A DNA stretch of 64,000 bases from Felis catus (Eukaryota). The DNA is taken from assembly GCF_018350175.1 (NCBI RefSeq), contig NC_058368.1:120344001-120408000 (forward strand). Direction: 5' to 3'. This document shows, one piece after another, positions 38,511 to 49,848 of this stretch (its first letter is position 1; each line of letters opens with the position of its first letter). The position numbers and the translations under genes were made by a program. Under the pieces are notes generated by a model. That model did not search any database and was not told where the DNA came from. It worked only from the letters and a program-made list of their open reading frames with translations.

Positions 38511-39695
38511 GAGAGTTTCTCAGCAAGTCATTACACAGTTGAAGATACACCATAAGTAGATGGCAGAATCAGAATTAGGTCGCGGCTCCAGACTGTGAGG
38601 TTTACCATATTTTCTACTGTATCATGCTCCTAAATCCTGATGATCTTCAGCCTTTCACTTTCTCCTTATTCATACAGTCTCTCTGTCACTTAAAGCTTGC
38701 AGAATGGGCCTGATCTTTGAGTCTTCTTTGCATGATTTTCCTCTAGGAATGATTTCAGTCTTTGTGAATGCCTACCAGAGCTTTGAATGGAGTTTTGAGA
38801 TTTCCACAAAGATAAATGAAAATAATCTAGCTTGAATGCTGTTAGACAATTAAGATTTGCACAACCAGAATTTGAATTTACATAAAAATTATAAACCAAT
38901 CTCTGTGCAAGATGGAATAGATTAGAATTACCACTAATTTAATCGAGGTTGCTTAAATGGCTCGTAATCGGTATGATCGTTGCCACTTGCTTGCATCTTC
39001 AGCAAGGTAATCAGACCCGCTCAGCAATTTCTACCTCCAAATCAATTAAACTATAAAACATACTCCCTTTAAGAGTGTTTTATATTTGGATTTTACTTTA
39101 TTTAAGTTAAGCCTTTATTGCATTCTAATTTACTCGCCTGGAAAAACTCAAATAGTTTAGGTTTTGTTTTCATTTTTTTTTTCCCTTCAACTCTTCATTC
39201 ATTTTCCTCAGTAATGGAATCTTTGAAGATCATGCTCTCTTTTGGGCTACCAAAAGTAATATCAACCTCTTAGGGTTGTTACACCTACACTTACACAAAC
39301 ACATAGATTTACAACAACACCAGGCATACGGTAAAAGCTCACTGTTAGCAACATTTATATTCGTTATTATAATCTGCTATTATTAGGCTTACCTTCCTGG
39401 CTAGACATACATTTTTTGAAAGTAGTCTACTAAGAATTAATAAAGATGAAGTTGGGTATTGGCCATGGAATAAATTTCCTACTATCAACCATCACCTTAT
39501 GCCCCAAACCACGTGGCCATGAAAAGCTCTCTGACTGTGATTCTAAGTGACATCCATGGTCTACTACTGTAAGTGATGACATTTACATACCTGGGGTGAT
39601 TTGAGTGGCAAGAAATGTCCATGAGAATTAGAACATTCTCTTCTGAGGAATTTGAAAAATAAAATATTTCCCTGAGAGATGAATATGGCTCAGGA

Positions 39696-40011
39696 CAGTG
39701 CTTCTCAGACTTTCATGTGCATATAAGTTCCGTGATGATCTTGTCAATGTGTAGATTCTGATTCATTCTGTCTGCTCTGGGGACCCAAGATTCTTCATTT
39801 CTAACAAGCTCCTGATGATGCCAATGGTGATGGTCCATGGACCACATTTGGAGGCAGTAGTTTTCAAACTCTAAGTGTACATTAACGTCATGAAGTGCCT
39901 TTATTAAAAGCAAACTTCCTGAACTTTTTCCGGGAGATTTTGACACAGTGAATCCAGCAACTTGCATATTTAACAAGTCCCCTAGCTCTAAAGAACACAT
40001 TCTGAGAAGCT
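39696..40011. mobile_element. Two tandem MER5A/B-like MITEs
   Basis: cagtgcttctcagact...catttctaacaagctcc...ggtccatggaccacattt, then cagtagttttcaaact...gcatatttaacaagtcccc...tgagaagctg. Confidence 0.75.
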
Positions 40012-40134
40012 GTCTCTAGACCTTGGATCTGTGGAAGGGCAGATGCCCACAGGATTGTCATCTTCTAAGTCCTAAACTTGTTCTTCAGAAGAATGCTTTT
40101 GCAGATGGCTAATACGTTGTACTAAATTAAAAAC

Positions 40135-40158
40135 AGAGAGAGAGAGAGAGAGAGAGAG
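40135..40158. repeat. (GA)n microsatellite
   Basis: Seen directly. Confidence 0.9.
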
Positions 40159-40725
40159 AAATTGTTATTCCATGCGTAAGCAGTTTTAGAACACTAAGTC
40201 AGTAGTGTGAAAATCTCTCTTCACTGTAGAGTTTTCCGAGCTTACTGTGTGATCGTGTATACAGTGACGTTCCCTTACTTGTTATTTCTGAGATGCCAAA
40301 CATCATCTTCCAGAAGAGTGTTTTTAGAAACATGACTTAGGAAGTCCCACCCTGGTTTGGCTTTGCTGTTCCTGAGAGGAGAATAAAGTGAGCAGTGAAT
40401 GTTAAAAATGCTGGGCTCCAAATTTGAGAAAGATTTCTGCTCCAGTGAAACAGATTTTCTTTCAGGACAGTGGACTGTCATGAAGATTGTTCTCACGAGC
40501 ATTGTCACCTTTCTCAGGAATGTTGTTGAGAATATTCATGTTGTACATTAGTGTTTAAATTAACAATCTGAAAGATTTTTCCAATATGGGGTGCTGTGTT
40601 TTCCTCTGAGTGTAAAATAAACATATTGAATCAGATAATGCCGAAGGGAGGGGAAAGAGACAGTGCAAAAGTACAGGGCAACTTTTTAAATGATTTCTAA
40701 GTCAAGATGTATAAAGATTCAGTGA

Positions 40726-40944
40726 GGGGCGCCTGGGTGGCTCAATCAGTTAAGCGGCCGACTTCAGTCCAGGTCATGATCTCACAGTCCGTGAGTTCGA
40801 GCCCTGCGTCGGGCTCTGTGCTGACAGCTCAGAGCCTGGAGCCTGTTTCCGATTCTGTGTCTCCCTCTCTCTGACCCTCCCCCATTCATGCTCTGTCTCT
40901 CTCTGTCTCAAAAATAAATAAATGTTAAAAAAAATTAATAAAAA
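40726..40944 (+). mobile_element. Young felid Can-SINE
   Basis: CpG-rich; perfect 13-bp TSD aaagattcagtga (40713-40725, 40945-40957). Confidence 0.98.
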
Positions 40945-41043
40945 AAAGATTCAGTGAAATGATTTATGCACCTATCTAGTAGCATCCACGTATATATTCT
41001 ACCTTCTTGTTAACGCAGGTGATGTGTACATGTTCCTGTTTCT

Positions 41044-41227
41044 GTTTATTTTTGAGAGAGTGAGAGAGAGAGCACAAGCAGGAAAGGGGCGGGGACAGAG
41101 GAAATCCTAAGCAGATTCCATACCCAGTGCAAAGCACTATGTGGGGCTTGATCTCACCACTGTGAGATCTTGTCCTGAGCAGAAATCAAGAGTCAGACGC
41201 ATAACCAACTGAGCCACCCAGTGCCCC
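41044..41227 (-). mobile_element. Can-SINE (older)
   Basis: gaaatcaagagtcagacgc...gagccacccagtgcccc. Confidence 0.92.
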
Positions 41228-41655
41228 TCTTTCTAAAGCTGATCCTTTCACTATGTACTAGACTCCAGCCCCATGCCTACTCAAGGACACAGTTCCAGAA
41301 ATTGTCTCCTTTTGTTTCTACATCTTTGCTTTCATCAGCTTCTAAACATGTTATTATTTCTATTACTTTGAAAAATAAAAACTTATTTTTGTTTCTTTGT
41401 GCTTTGAAACATTTCTAAAAGATCATTTATATTTCCTGTCTCCAACTTCTCTCCTCAATTTTTCCCTAAGTTCACTCTAGTTGTGCTTTATCCTCACTAT
41501 TCAACTGAAGCTACTCTTACCAAGATCATCAGTGGTTTACACCTTGCTAATGACAATGGACAGTTATATCCTCATCTTATTTATCAGGAGTATTTGATAT
41601 CTTTGACTGCACTCAACTTCTTAACATATTCTTTTGGTGTTCAGAACATCATATT

Positions 41656-41688
41656 ATATTTTATTAAGTTTCTTTAACATTTACTTAT

Positions 41689-41741
<53 letters not shown>

Positions 41742-41911
41742 TACGAGCAGGGGAGGGGCAGAGAGACAGAGACAGAATCCAAAGTAGGCTTCAGGCTCCA
41801 AGCTGCGAGCTGTCGGCACAGAGCCCAAAGCAGGACTCGAACTCATGAACAGTGAGATCATGACCTGAGCTGAAGTCAGATGCTTAACTAACTGAGCCAC
41901 CCAGGTGCCAC
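41656..41911 (-). mobile_element. Felid Can-SINE with long (GA)n
   Basis: Perfect 14-bp TSD cagaacatcatatt (41642-41655, 41912-41925). Confidence 0.96.
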
Positions 41912-42714
41912 CAGAACATCATATTCTTGATTTACTTCCTATTCCATTGGCAGTTTATTTGCAGTTCCTTAGAAATTTTCTCTCCTTTTTCTAATCATTT
42001 TAATGTTGAGTATCCAGGATCAGGCTTTCCCTTCTTCCTTCTTCCTTCTTCCTTTTCTTTCCATCACCTTCCCTTATCTTTCCTTTCATTCCCTTTCCTC
42101 CTCTTCTGTATACATGTTTTCCCATAATGATTCTTATCCTGTCATGTGACTTTCAATATTTTTGGTATATTGCTACTGTCGAAATTGTACCTCTGTCCCA
42201 GACCTTTCTTCTCACCCTGTCATGCATGTACCTAATCCCTCATCATCTACATATGGTTGTATACTTAGACCTATTGAACTGAATGCATTCCAAATGGAAC
42301 TCTTCATCATCTCCTTCAAATCCGCTCCATCCACAGTTTGCCACATCTTAGTTGCCGCCATTGGCTCCAGCCAAAACTTGATGAATCTTGACTTCTTTTT
42401 TTGCCTCCCATCCCCAACATCCAATCCACCAGAAAATCCTACTTGCTCCACATTCAAAATACATCCACATAATGGCCACTTCTCTACACTGCCATTCTCC
42501 GTCCCCTACATTATGTCTGTAGGCTCCTACCTGGTCTTCTTTCTTCTATCCTTGTCTCTTATAGTCTATATTCAATACACCATATACAATTATATTGCTG
42601 ATCTATAAGACAACTTGTGTAACTCCTGTGCTTAAAATTTTCTAATACCTTCATTTTACAGAGTGAAATGAAATGGCCTGAAAGACTCTATATGGTCTCA
42701 TTCCCACATCATTC

Positions 42715-42920
42715 TTTTTTTTTTAATGTTTATTTTTGAGAGAGAGACAGAGCATAAGCAGGAGAGGGGCAGAGAGAGAGGGAGACCCACAATCTGAAGA
42801 AGGCTCTAGGTTCCAAGCTGTCAGCACAGAGCCTGATGCAGGGTTCGAACCCATGAACCGTGAGATCATGACCTCAGCCAAAGTTGGAAGTTTAACCTAC
42901 TGAGTCATCCATATGCCCTC
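42715..42920 (-). mobile_element. Felid Can-SINE
   Basis: Poly-T, GA tract, gagatcatgacctcagcc. Confidence 0.93.
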
Positions 42921-43330
42921 CTTTTCCCCCCATGTTATTTGTTTTCTGAACCAATCTCAGAATGCTGTCACTTTGGACTTCCTGGTATCCTTCAAACATG
43001 CTGCACATGTTTCCACCTAAGATTGTTGCACCAGCTGTTTCCTCTGTATGGAATATCCTTGTCCCAAATATTCACCAAGATAACTTCCTTGTGTATTTTA
43101 TGACCTTACCAAAAGATTGCTTTGTCATCAAGAATACCTTTGACTATTCTACTTTTTGTTGCAAAACTGTTCACCATCTGCAGGACTCCTGGTGAGCTTT
43201 AGCATTATATACTTTTTCTTGTTTCTATTCCATTCATCACCTTAAGCCATACAATCTAATGCTCTTATTTACTGTTGTAAGTCAGATTTATTGGATTACA
43301 ACTTACATAAAATAAAATATAACCATTTTA

Positions 43331-43545
43331 GGGGCACCTGGGTGGCTCAGTTAAGCTAAGCATCTGACTCTTGGTTTCTACTCAGGTCATGATCTCACAC
43401 TTTGTGACTTTGAGCCCCACATTGGGTTCTATGCTGACAGTGCAGTGCCTTCTTGGGATTCTCTCTCTCTCCCTACTTCTCTGTCCCATTCCCCAACACC
43501 CATGCTCTCTCTGTCTCTCTCTCAAAATAAATAAACAAACTTTAA
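43331..43545 (+). mobile_element. Can-SINE
   Basis: TSD aa(a/g)tata(a/c)ccatttta. Confidence 0.95.
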
Positions 43546-44113
43546 AAGTATACCCATTTTAAGTGTACATGTTAATGAGTTGAAACAAATTTATGCATAC
43601 GTTACTATACCTATGACCACTGTCAGATATAAAACACTTCCATGTTTTCCTCCAAAAGTTCTCTTTGCTTTTCCCCATTTCATCTCACATCTCCTAGCAA
43701 AGTCAATGTTTGATCTGTTTGATAGAGTTGATTTTGCTTTTCCTATAGTTTAACGTAAATGGAGTATCAAAATATGTGTCTGGCTTCTTTGATTCACCAC
43801 AGTGTTTGTGAGAAGTATGCTATTGTGTACATCAGTAGTTTATTCACTTATGCTATTGAGTAATACTCCATTTTGTGCACTTCTAATAGTTTGTGCATTC
43901 ATTTGTTGTTCAACATTTGGAGTGTTCTCAGGTTGAAGCTATTATAAATAAAACTGCTATGAACAGTTTTGTACAAGCCTTTCTGTAGAGGTACATTTGC
44001 ATTTCTCTTGTGTAAATGCCAAGTATTGGAATATTGGTTCATATGAAAAGTACATATTTACCTTTGTAAGAAACTGCCAAATTGTTTCCAAAGTGGTTGG
44101 GCCATATTACATT

Positions 44114-44375
44114 TCTTTCTTTCTTTTTTTAAATGTTCATTTATTTATTTTGAGAGAGAGAGAGAGACAGACAGCAAAGGGGAGGGGGAGAGAGAGAGAG
44201 AGACAGAGACAGAGAGATAGGGAGAGAGAGAGAGATGAAGATAGAGAATCCACAAGCAGTCTCCACACTGTCAGTGCAGAGCCCGATGCAGGGCTTGATT
44301 CCGCAAATAGTGAGATCATGACCTGAGCTGAAATCAAGAGTCAGAGGCTTAACTGACTGAGCCACCCAGCCTCCC
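44114..44375 (-). mobile_element. Can-SINE
   Basis: TSD g(g/a)ccat(a/t)ttacatt. Confidence 0.95.
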
Positions 44376-44619
44376 AGACCATTTTACATTGCTACCAGCA
44401 GTGTATGAGAGTTTCTATTGCTCTATATTTTCATCTTTACTTGATATTATCATTTGTTGCCACTACCATATTTTACTCTAATGGTGTGCTATGGTATCTC
44501 TTTGTGGTTACAATTTGCATTCCCCTTCTAACTAATGATGTTGAGCATCTTTTCACGTGTTTAGTGTGCATTCATGTATATCTTCTCTTGTGGGGTGTCT
44601 AAATCTTCTGTCCATTTTT

Positions 44620-44844
44620 TTTTAATTTAAAAAAAATTTTTTTAATGTTTTATTTATTTTTAATACAGAGAGACAGAGCATGACTGGGGAGGGGCAGAGA
44701 GAGAGGGAGACACAGAGTCCAAAGCAGGCTCCAGGCTCTGAGCTGTCAGCATAGAGCCCGATGTGGGGCTTGAACTCACAAACCATGAGATCATGACCTG
44801 AGCCGAAGTTGGACACTTAACCAACTGAGCCACCCAGGCACCCC
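44620..44844 (-). mobile_element. Felid Can-SINE
   Basis: Perfect TSD ttctgtccattttt (44606-44619, 44845-44858). Confidence 0.97.
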
Positions 44845-46325
44845 TTCTGTCCATTTTTGAAACTGGCTTGTTTGTCTTTGAGATGCAAGAGCTGTTTATG
44901 TATCTTGTATGTAAGCCCTCTGTCAGATATATGTATTTGTCATTGTTTTCTCCTAGAAAAGAGTTGGGAAGAGTAACTCAGTCTGGGATAGAATTAAGGA
45001 AACATAAGCTGACTTTATTAAACTAAAGGCATATAATCTTGAAGCCCTTCCTTGAGTGTTGAGTTTTGAAAAACAGTATTTTACTTCCCTGGAAGAAAGA
45101 CTTTGTTCATTTGTTTACGTGTTTTGGACTACTTTGATTCTCTACTCAACAAGGCAATATATAATTGTATCAGTGAAAGCCTGGTGACAATGGCTGAGAA
45201 GGACAGAGCTCTACCTCCTTCAAGCAGTCCCTCCTAAATCTCTTGCTCTCACAAAGCCTCATCGTTAGGAAGTGTGTTATCTCAGAGATAATGGTGTCTC
45301 CTCAGGGTCTAGAATATCATTCTTTAACTTTTCAAAATTGCAAAATAAGGAAGAAATCTTCAGAAAACTGCTTCCATTTCATAAAATGGCTCCCACATAA
45401 CCTTACCTTCAGAGACTCTTGCAAATGTCAGCCTTATATGAAGGCTCCAAGTCTTGGACAGTGCTCTCAGTATGACATGACTCTCAACCCTGTCTTCTAC
45501 TCACCAATAGAAAGACTGAATAAAGGTAATTTCAAATGGCAATATGTACTATAAAGGAATTTGATCTGGAAATTCACTGGCGAATGAAAATAGGCTACTT
45601 GACCAGTGTGATCATACAAGACATGAGACCTCTCATTTTAATTTGCAGCAATGTGGAATTTCTTTCAGTTTTTTAAGGGTTCCATGTTTTGTCCAGTCCC
45701 TGGGGTTTTGAATATCCTATTCTTCTTGTCAAGAAATGCTGTTTCCTTCCTCCTGCCAATATCCAGTCTTTGCCTAGCTAATTCTGACCTTAGAGTTGAG
45801 CACTAAACTTAAGATTTCAACTCCTTTAAAAAGGCTTTCTGTATCCATCCACTCCTTAAACTAGGTTAGGTGCTTCTTGTAATTGCTTGAAGTGTTCTGT
45901 GTTTAGCCTGATAATAGCTCTTACCTTGCTCTATTTTCACTGATATCCATACATATGAGAAAATCATAGAGAAGGAAGGAGACTGCTATGATTAATTATG
46001 GCAAGCTTTTGAAGGTGGTGCTTTTCTGTGGTTTCTGACAGCAGAAACTGTTGGGCAGTCCTATTCCTTTCGTAATACCATGTGGATTGGAGGATTTAAT
46101 TTTCCTTTATTGCCAGTCACAAGCACCTAATTTAACTATTTTCCTTTTATGTCTGTTTGTTTATTTGTTTGTTTGTTTGTTTAAATCTTGCTTTGTTCCA
46201 AATTGTCTCTGACATTGAAGAAGCATCAGTACCCATCAGTGCCTGTTTAAGCAGAGCTGCAACATTAATATACTTAGGATTTCCATTTTGATTTTAGAGA
46301 AGGAAAACCCTTCTATCATGTCTTA

Positions 46326-46515
46326 CCAGGTGGTTTTAAACTATTATGAACCATGAGAATTTTAATTTTTTTCTTTTTGTTTTAAATCTGATAAATTCTT
46401 CTCTCTAAAAAATGCATATTTCCCCCTTTACACACATACAATTTTACATGCAATTTCTAGGGATTTATAGACCCCAGAAGCCATTGATCCTCTGATAGAG
46501 TTTAAGATCCTCTGA
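46326..46515. mobile_element. hAT-Charlie MITE (MER117-like)
   Basis: aatctgat...aaaaatgcat...acaattttacatgcaatttctagggatttatagacccc...ttaagatcctctg. Confidence 0.55.
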
Positions 46516-47639
46516 TAGATCTCAACCTTTAATCATGAAAGGCAAGGAAACTTGGTATTGTAAGTTAGGGTCTTTAAAGAAGGAACAAGCTTTTGAAGTG
46601 AAAGGTCATGCTGTCATTCTGGTTTAGGACACGAGATAGACATCCAGGCTCTACCTGGATGGTGGAACCAGTGAATTTTGTATGTGCTAACTTCACCCAT
46701 CCTTATGCTCTCCAGTGTGGGGGGAAGATAAAATCAGTTTTCTGCAGAAGAAGACAAGGGGTCCCATCAATCTAGGAGCTGGGGGACAGGTAAGGTGATG
46801 TAGTATGTCACCGGAAGTGCAGCCTCCAGGACCCTCTGGGACTTCAACTGGTAAAGACAGGTTGATTTGACTGCTGACCCACTTGCAGTATCAAACCACC
46901 GGGATTCATTCAGGCATATCATGAAATAATGAAGTGTGAGTTTAAAATAGTCTGAAATATATGAGAACCTGACACTACATTTACTAATGGAGATGATTTA
47001 TAGTGTCATATTTAGCACTGTTTTGGTCCCGACAGCAGTTTATATTCATCTTCTTAGCATAAGATCAGAGAGCAGGTATGTAACCAGAACCTCAAGTATT
47101 CTGAACCTTTGCATTTGTCTTTGGTTGAGACTTTAAAAGTGGATTGCCTTTGAGAAGCATGAGGAGAAAAAATGTGCTTTTTATTAAGATTTTTGGCAAA
47201 TAATTGCATTATTGGAGCACAATCTTTTAGGGTCAGCACTTTGTATCCAATTACCAGGGAACATAATGGATGATTCCTCTGACTTGTCATTTATGCTCTG
47301 CAGGCTCTTAAGATAATCCTCTGTAACTTTTCTGGTGAAAGTGAATTTATTGTTGGCAAAAATATTCCTGGAATCGGATACTCTCTCCAAATGAGGAACA
47401 GAGTGAACATACCCACTGGAAATTGGCTTTTCCCAAACTAGTTTATGAAGGAGGGCTCTCCAGGGCTGAAGAGGCCATTAAAAAAAACGTTTAATCAGCA
47501 TAATTTTTATCTTTTGCCTGATCAATGACAAAAATGACAAAAACTGACTGGATTGTGTATCTGAGACTTGTGACTGCCAGGTGTCTTTCTGCTACCATCT
47601 TTCTGGATTCCCCATGGAAAGTAATTTAAAACTCTATGG

Positions 47640-47835
47640 GCTTTTTTGCTTCAATTCAAAGGCCCAGTCTGTCTCTTATTGGGGCAGAAAAGTCAGTCTG
47701 AGCCTCAATTATATTGTCTGTAAGAAGAAAATAACATCTCTCTCAAAATGCGATGGGAGCTTAAATGAGTCATGTGATAAAATACTTGGAACTGAATTCA
47801 GCATGAAGCAGACACTCAGCTGACGATTATTATTA
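47640..47835 (+). mobile_element. MIR
   Basis: tctgagcctcaatt...ctgtaa...ttaaatgag. Confidence 0.65.
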
Positions 47836-48194
47836 CTGTTGTCTCAAAGAAATGAATATATAGAGAAGATGAAGTGACCAAAGAAGAAATGAGTGGAAAT
47901 GTTACTTGATTTTTGTGAACAATGTCCTGAAAAATCTGGTTTTGGAACCAATTCCTTGTCAAAGTAGGATTTTTTTCTTTGACTTGATTTTTTTTTTTTT
48001 TTTAATGAAGAGATGTTTCCATGAAAGAGTCTTTGGCTTAAACTTCAATATTTCATTTATAATAAATCATTCTCCTTTGTTGTTTTATGTTGTAAATATA
48101 TAATGTGAAATGTTTGCTCTCATTAAGTTCAGTTGGAGGAGCTAAGCAATAAGGATCACAATTTTAGCACTGGACTAGAAAGAGCTCTGATTAG

Positions 48195-48941
48195 TGTGGT
48201 AGTGACAAAAATGCTCACTGCCACCAAAGGTATCCACATCCTAATCTTCGGAAACTGGGAATATGCAAAGTTAGATGGCAAAGAGGAATTAAGAATCCAT
48301 ATGGAGTTAGGATTGGTAATCAACTGAGAAGCAATTTTTCCCGAATTATCTCAGTTAGTCCAGTGTAATCAGTAGGGTCCTTGAAAGTAGGGAAAGGAGG
48401 GGCACCTGGGTGGCTCAGTCAGTTAAGCCTTGACTTCAGCTCAGGTCATGATCTCATGGTCTGTGAGTTCGAGCCCTACCTCAGGCTCTATGTTGACAGC
48501 TCAGAGCCTGGAACCTGCTTAGGATTCTGTGTCTCCATGGTCTGTGCCCCTCCCCCACTCACACTCTTGTGTCTCTGTCTCTCAAAAATGAATAAACATT
48601 AAAAAGAAAAAAAAGTTTTTTTTTTTAAGTGGGGAAAGGAAATGGATGTGGAAATTAATGGAACATGTGGAAGACTGGATTCAACAGTGCTGGCTTTGAA
48701 GATCCAAGAGGGAACCACAGACCAAGGAATGAGGAATACCTCTAGAATCTGGAAAAGGACCAGAAACAGATTTTCCCTTCTAGAAAGGAATACAGTCTTC
48801 CAGAACACCTCAATTTAAGTCTTTTGAGAACTCTGCTAGTTAGATTTCTGAACCTACAGAACTATAAGAAAATAAATTAGTGTTGTGTAAGTCACCAGAT
48901 TTGTGGGAATTTGTTATATCAATAAAAGAAAACTCTTAACA
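48195..48941 (+). mobile_element. MaLR solo LTR (MLT1D-like) carrying a SINE
   Basis: tgtggtag...ccacatcctaatc...ggcaaagaggaattaag...tggctttgaaga...ccaaggaatg...agaactataagaaaataaatt. Confidence 0.85.
48399..48626 (+). mobile_element. Felid Can-SINE
   Basis: TSD aagt(a/g)gggaaagga (48385-48398, 48627-48640). Confidence 0.96.
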
Positions 48942-49137
48942 ACAATAAGTATGTCTGATTTATATAAAACATATTAGCATATGACATTTTAATACATCTG
49001 CAAAGTTGCTTTCACGTATTTTTGAATACTGGCCTGTCTGTAGTCATCTTGACCTCATTGTACAAAGCAGCAGCCGAGAGGAGTGAAGAGGCTATTGAAG
49101 TAACTAAGGCAACAAAGGAAGGTGACTTGACCCTGGG

Positions 49138-49439
49138 TGCTGTAAAATCTACGTTGGCGTCCTGACACCTAATGTGATGGCGTTGGAAGTGGGGCCCCTG
49201 GGAGGTGAGTGGGTCCTGAGGGTAGGCCTCCTGTGACTGGGATTTGTGCTATTACAAACAAGACAACTGCTAGCCCCTTCTACCATGTGAGGGTACAGTG
49301 AGGAGTGTGCAGACCTCCCCTGTGTTGGCACTCTCAGCTCAGACTTCTAGCTTCCTGAACTATAAAGAATAAATGTCTGTTGTTTATAAGCTTCGCAGTC
49401 TGAGGCGTTTTGTTATAGCAGCTCAAATGGACTAAGCCA
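49138..49439 (+). mobile_element. MaLR solo LTR (MLT1A-like) inserted in L2
   Basis: TG...CA ends; 5-bp TSD ctggg (49133-49137, 49440-49444); aataaatgtctgttgtttataag...tttgttatagcagc. Confidence 0.88.
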
Positions 49440-49632
49440 CTGGGTCAGTGAAAGTAATAAGAATTGATCAGATTCTAGATATATTTTGAAGGTAAGGCTA
49501 TCACTTTTTGCTAGCAAATGTATGTGAGCATAAGAAAAACAAAGATCAGATGTAGCTGCAATATTTTGCACCTTCAACTAAGTTACTGTGGGTAGAGCAG
49601 TATTAGAAGTAGAGAGAATTAGAAGTTAATTT

Positions 49633-49848
49633 TTTTAATGTTTATTTTTGAGAGAGAGAGACACAGAGAGAGAGACAGAGAGTGAGGGGAGGGTGGGGCA
49701 GAGAGAGAGGGAGACACAGAATCCAAAGCAGGCTCCAGGCTCTGAGCTGTCAGCACAGAGCCTGACGCGGGGCTTGCATTCACAGACCGTGAGATCATGA
49801 CCTGAACCAAAGTGGGACACTCAATCGACTGAGCCACCCAGGAACCCC
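49633..49848 (-). mobile_element. Felid Can-SINE
   Basis: Perfect TSD agaagttaattt (49621-49632, 49849-49860). Confidence 0.97.

Larger units (their letters stand above)
40960..43275 (+). mobile_element. Long L2 remnant interrupted by three SINEs
   Basis: caactgaagctactcttaccaagatcatcagtg...ccagacct...ccaaatggaactc...ccaatccaccagaaaatcct...ccagctgtttcctctgtatggaat. Confidence 0.75.
43280..44955 (-). mobile_element. Old L1 (L1MB/MC-like) 3' portion carrying three SINEs
   Basis: ccattttaagtgtaca...ctattataaataaaactgctatgaaca...gaaactgccaaattgtttccaaagtgg...taatgatgttgagcatcttttca. Confidence 0.85.

Noticed and set aside
39385..39450. Minus-strand donor AAG/gtaagc as a partner for the 33468 acceptor (other donors at ~45405 and ~61448)
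   Set aside because: No coherent multi-exon reading frame or recognisable protein could be assembled.
42162..42608. 148-aa ORF (and the 129-aa ORF at 22117-22506)
   Set aside because: Both lie within decayed L2 sequence and are not recognisable proteins.
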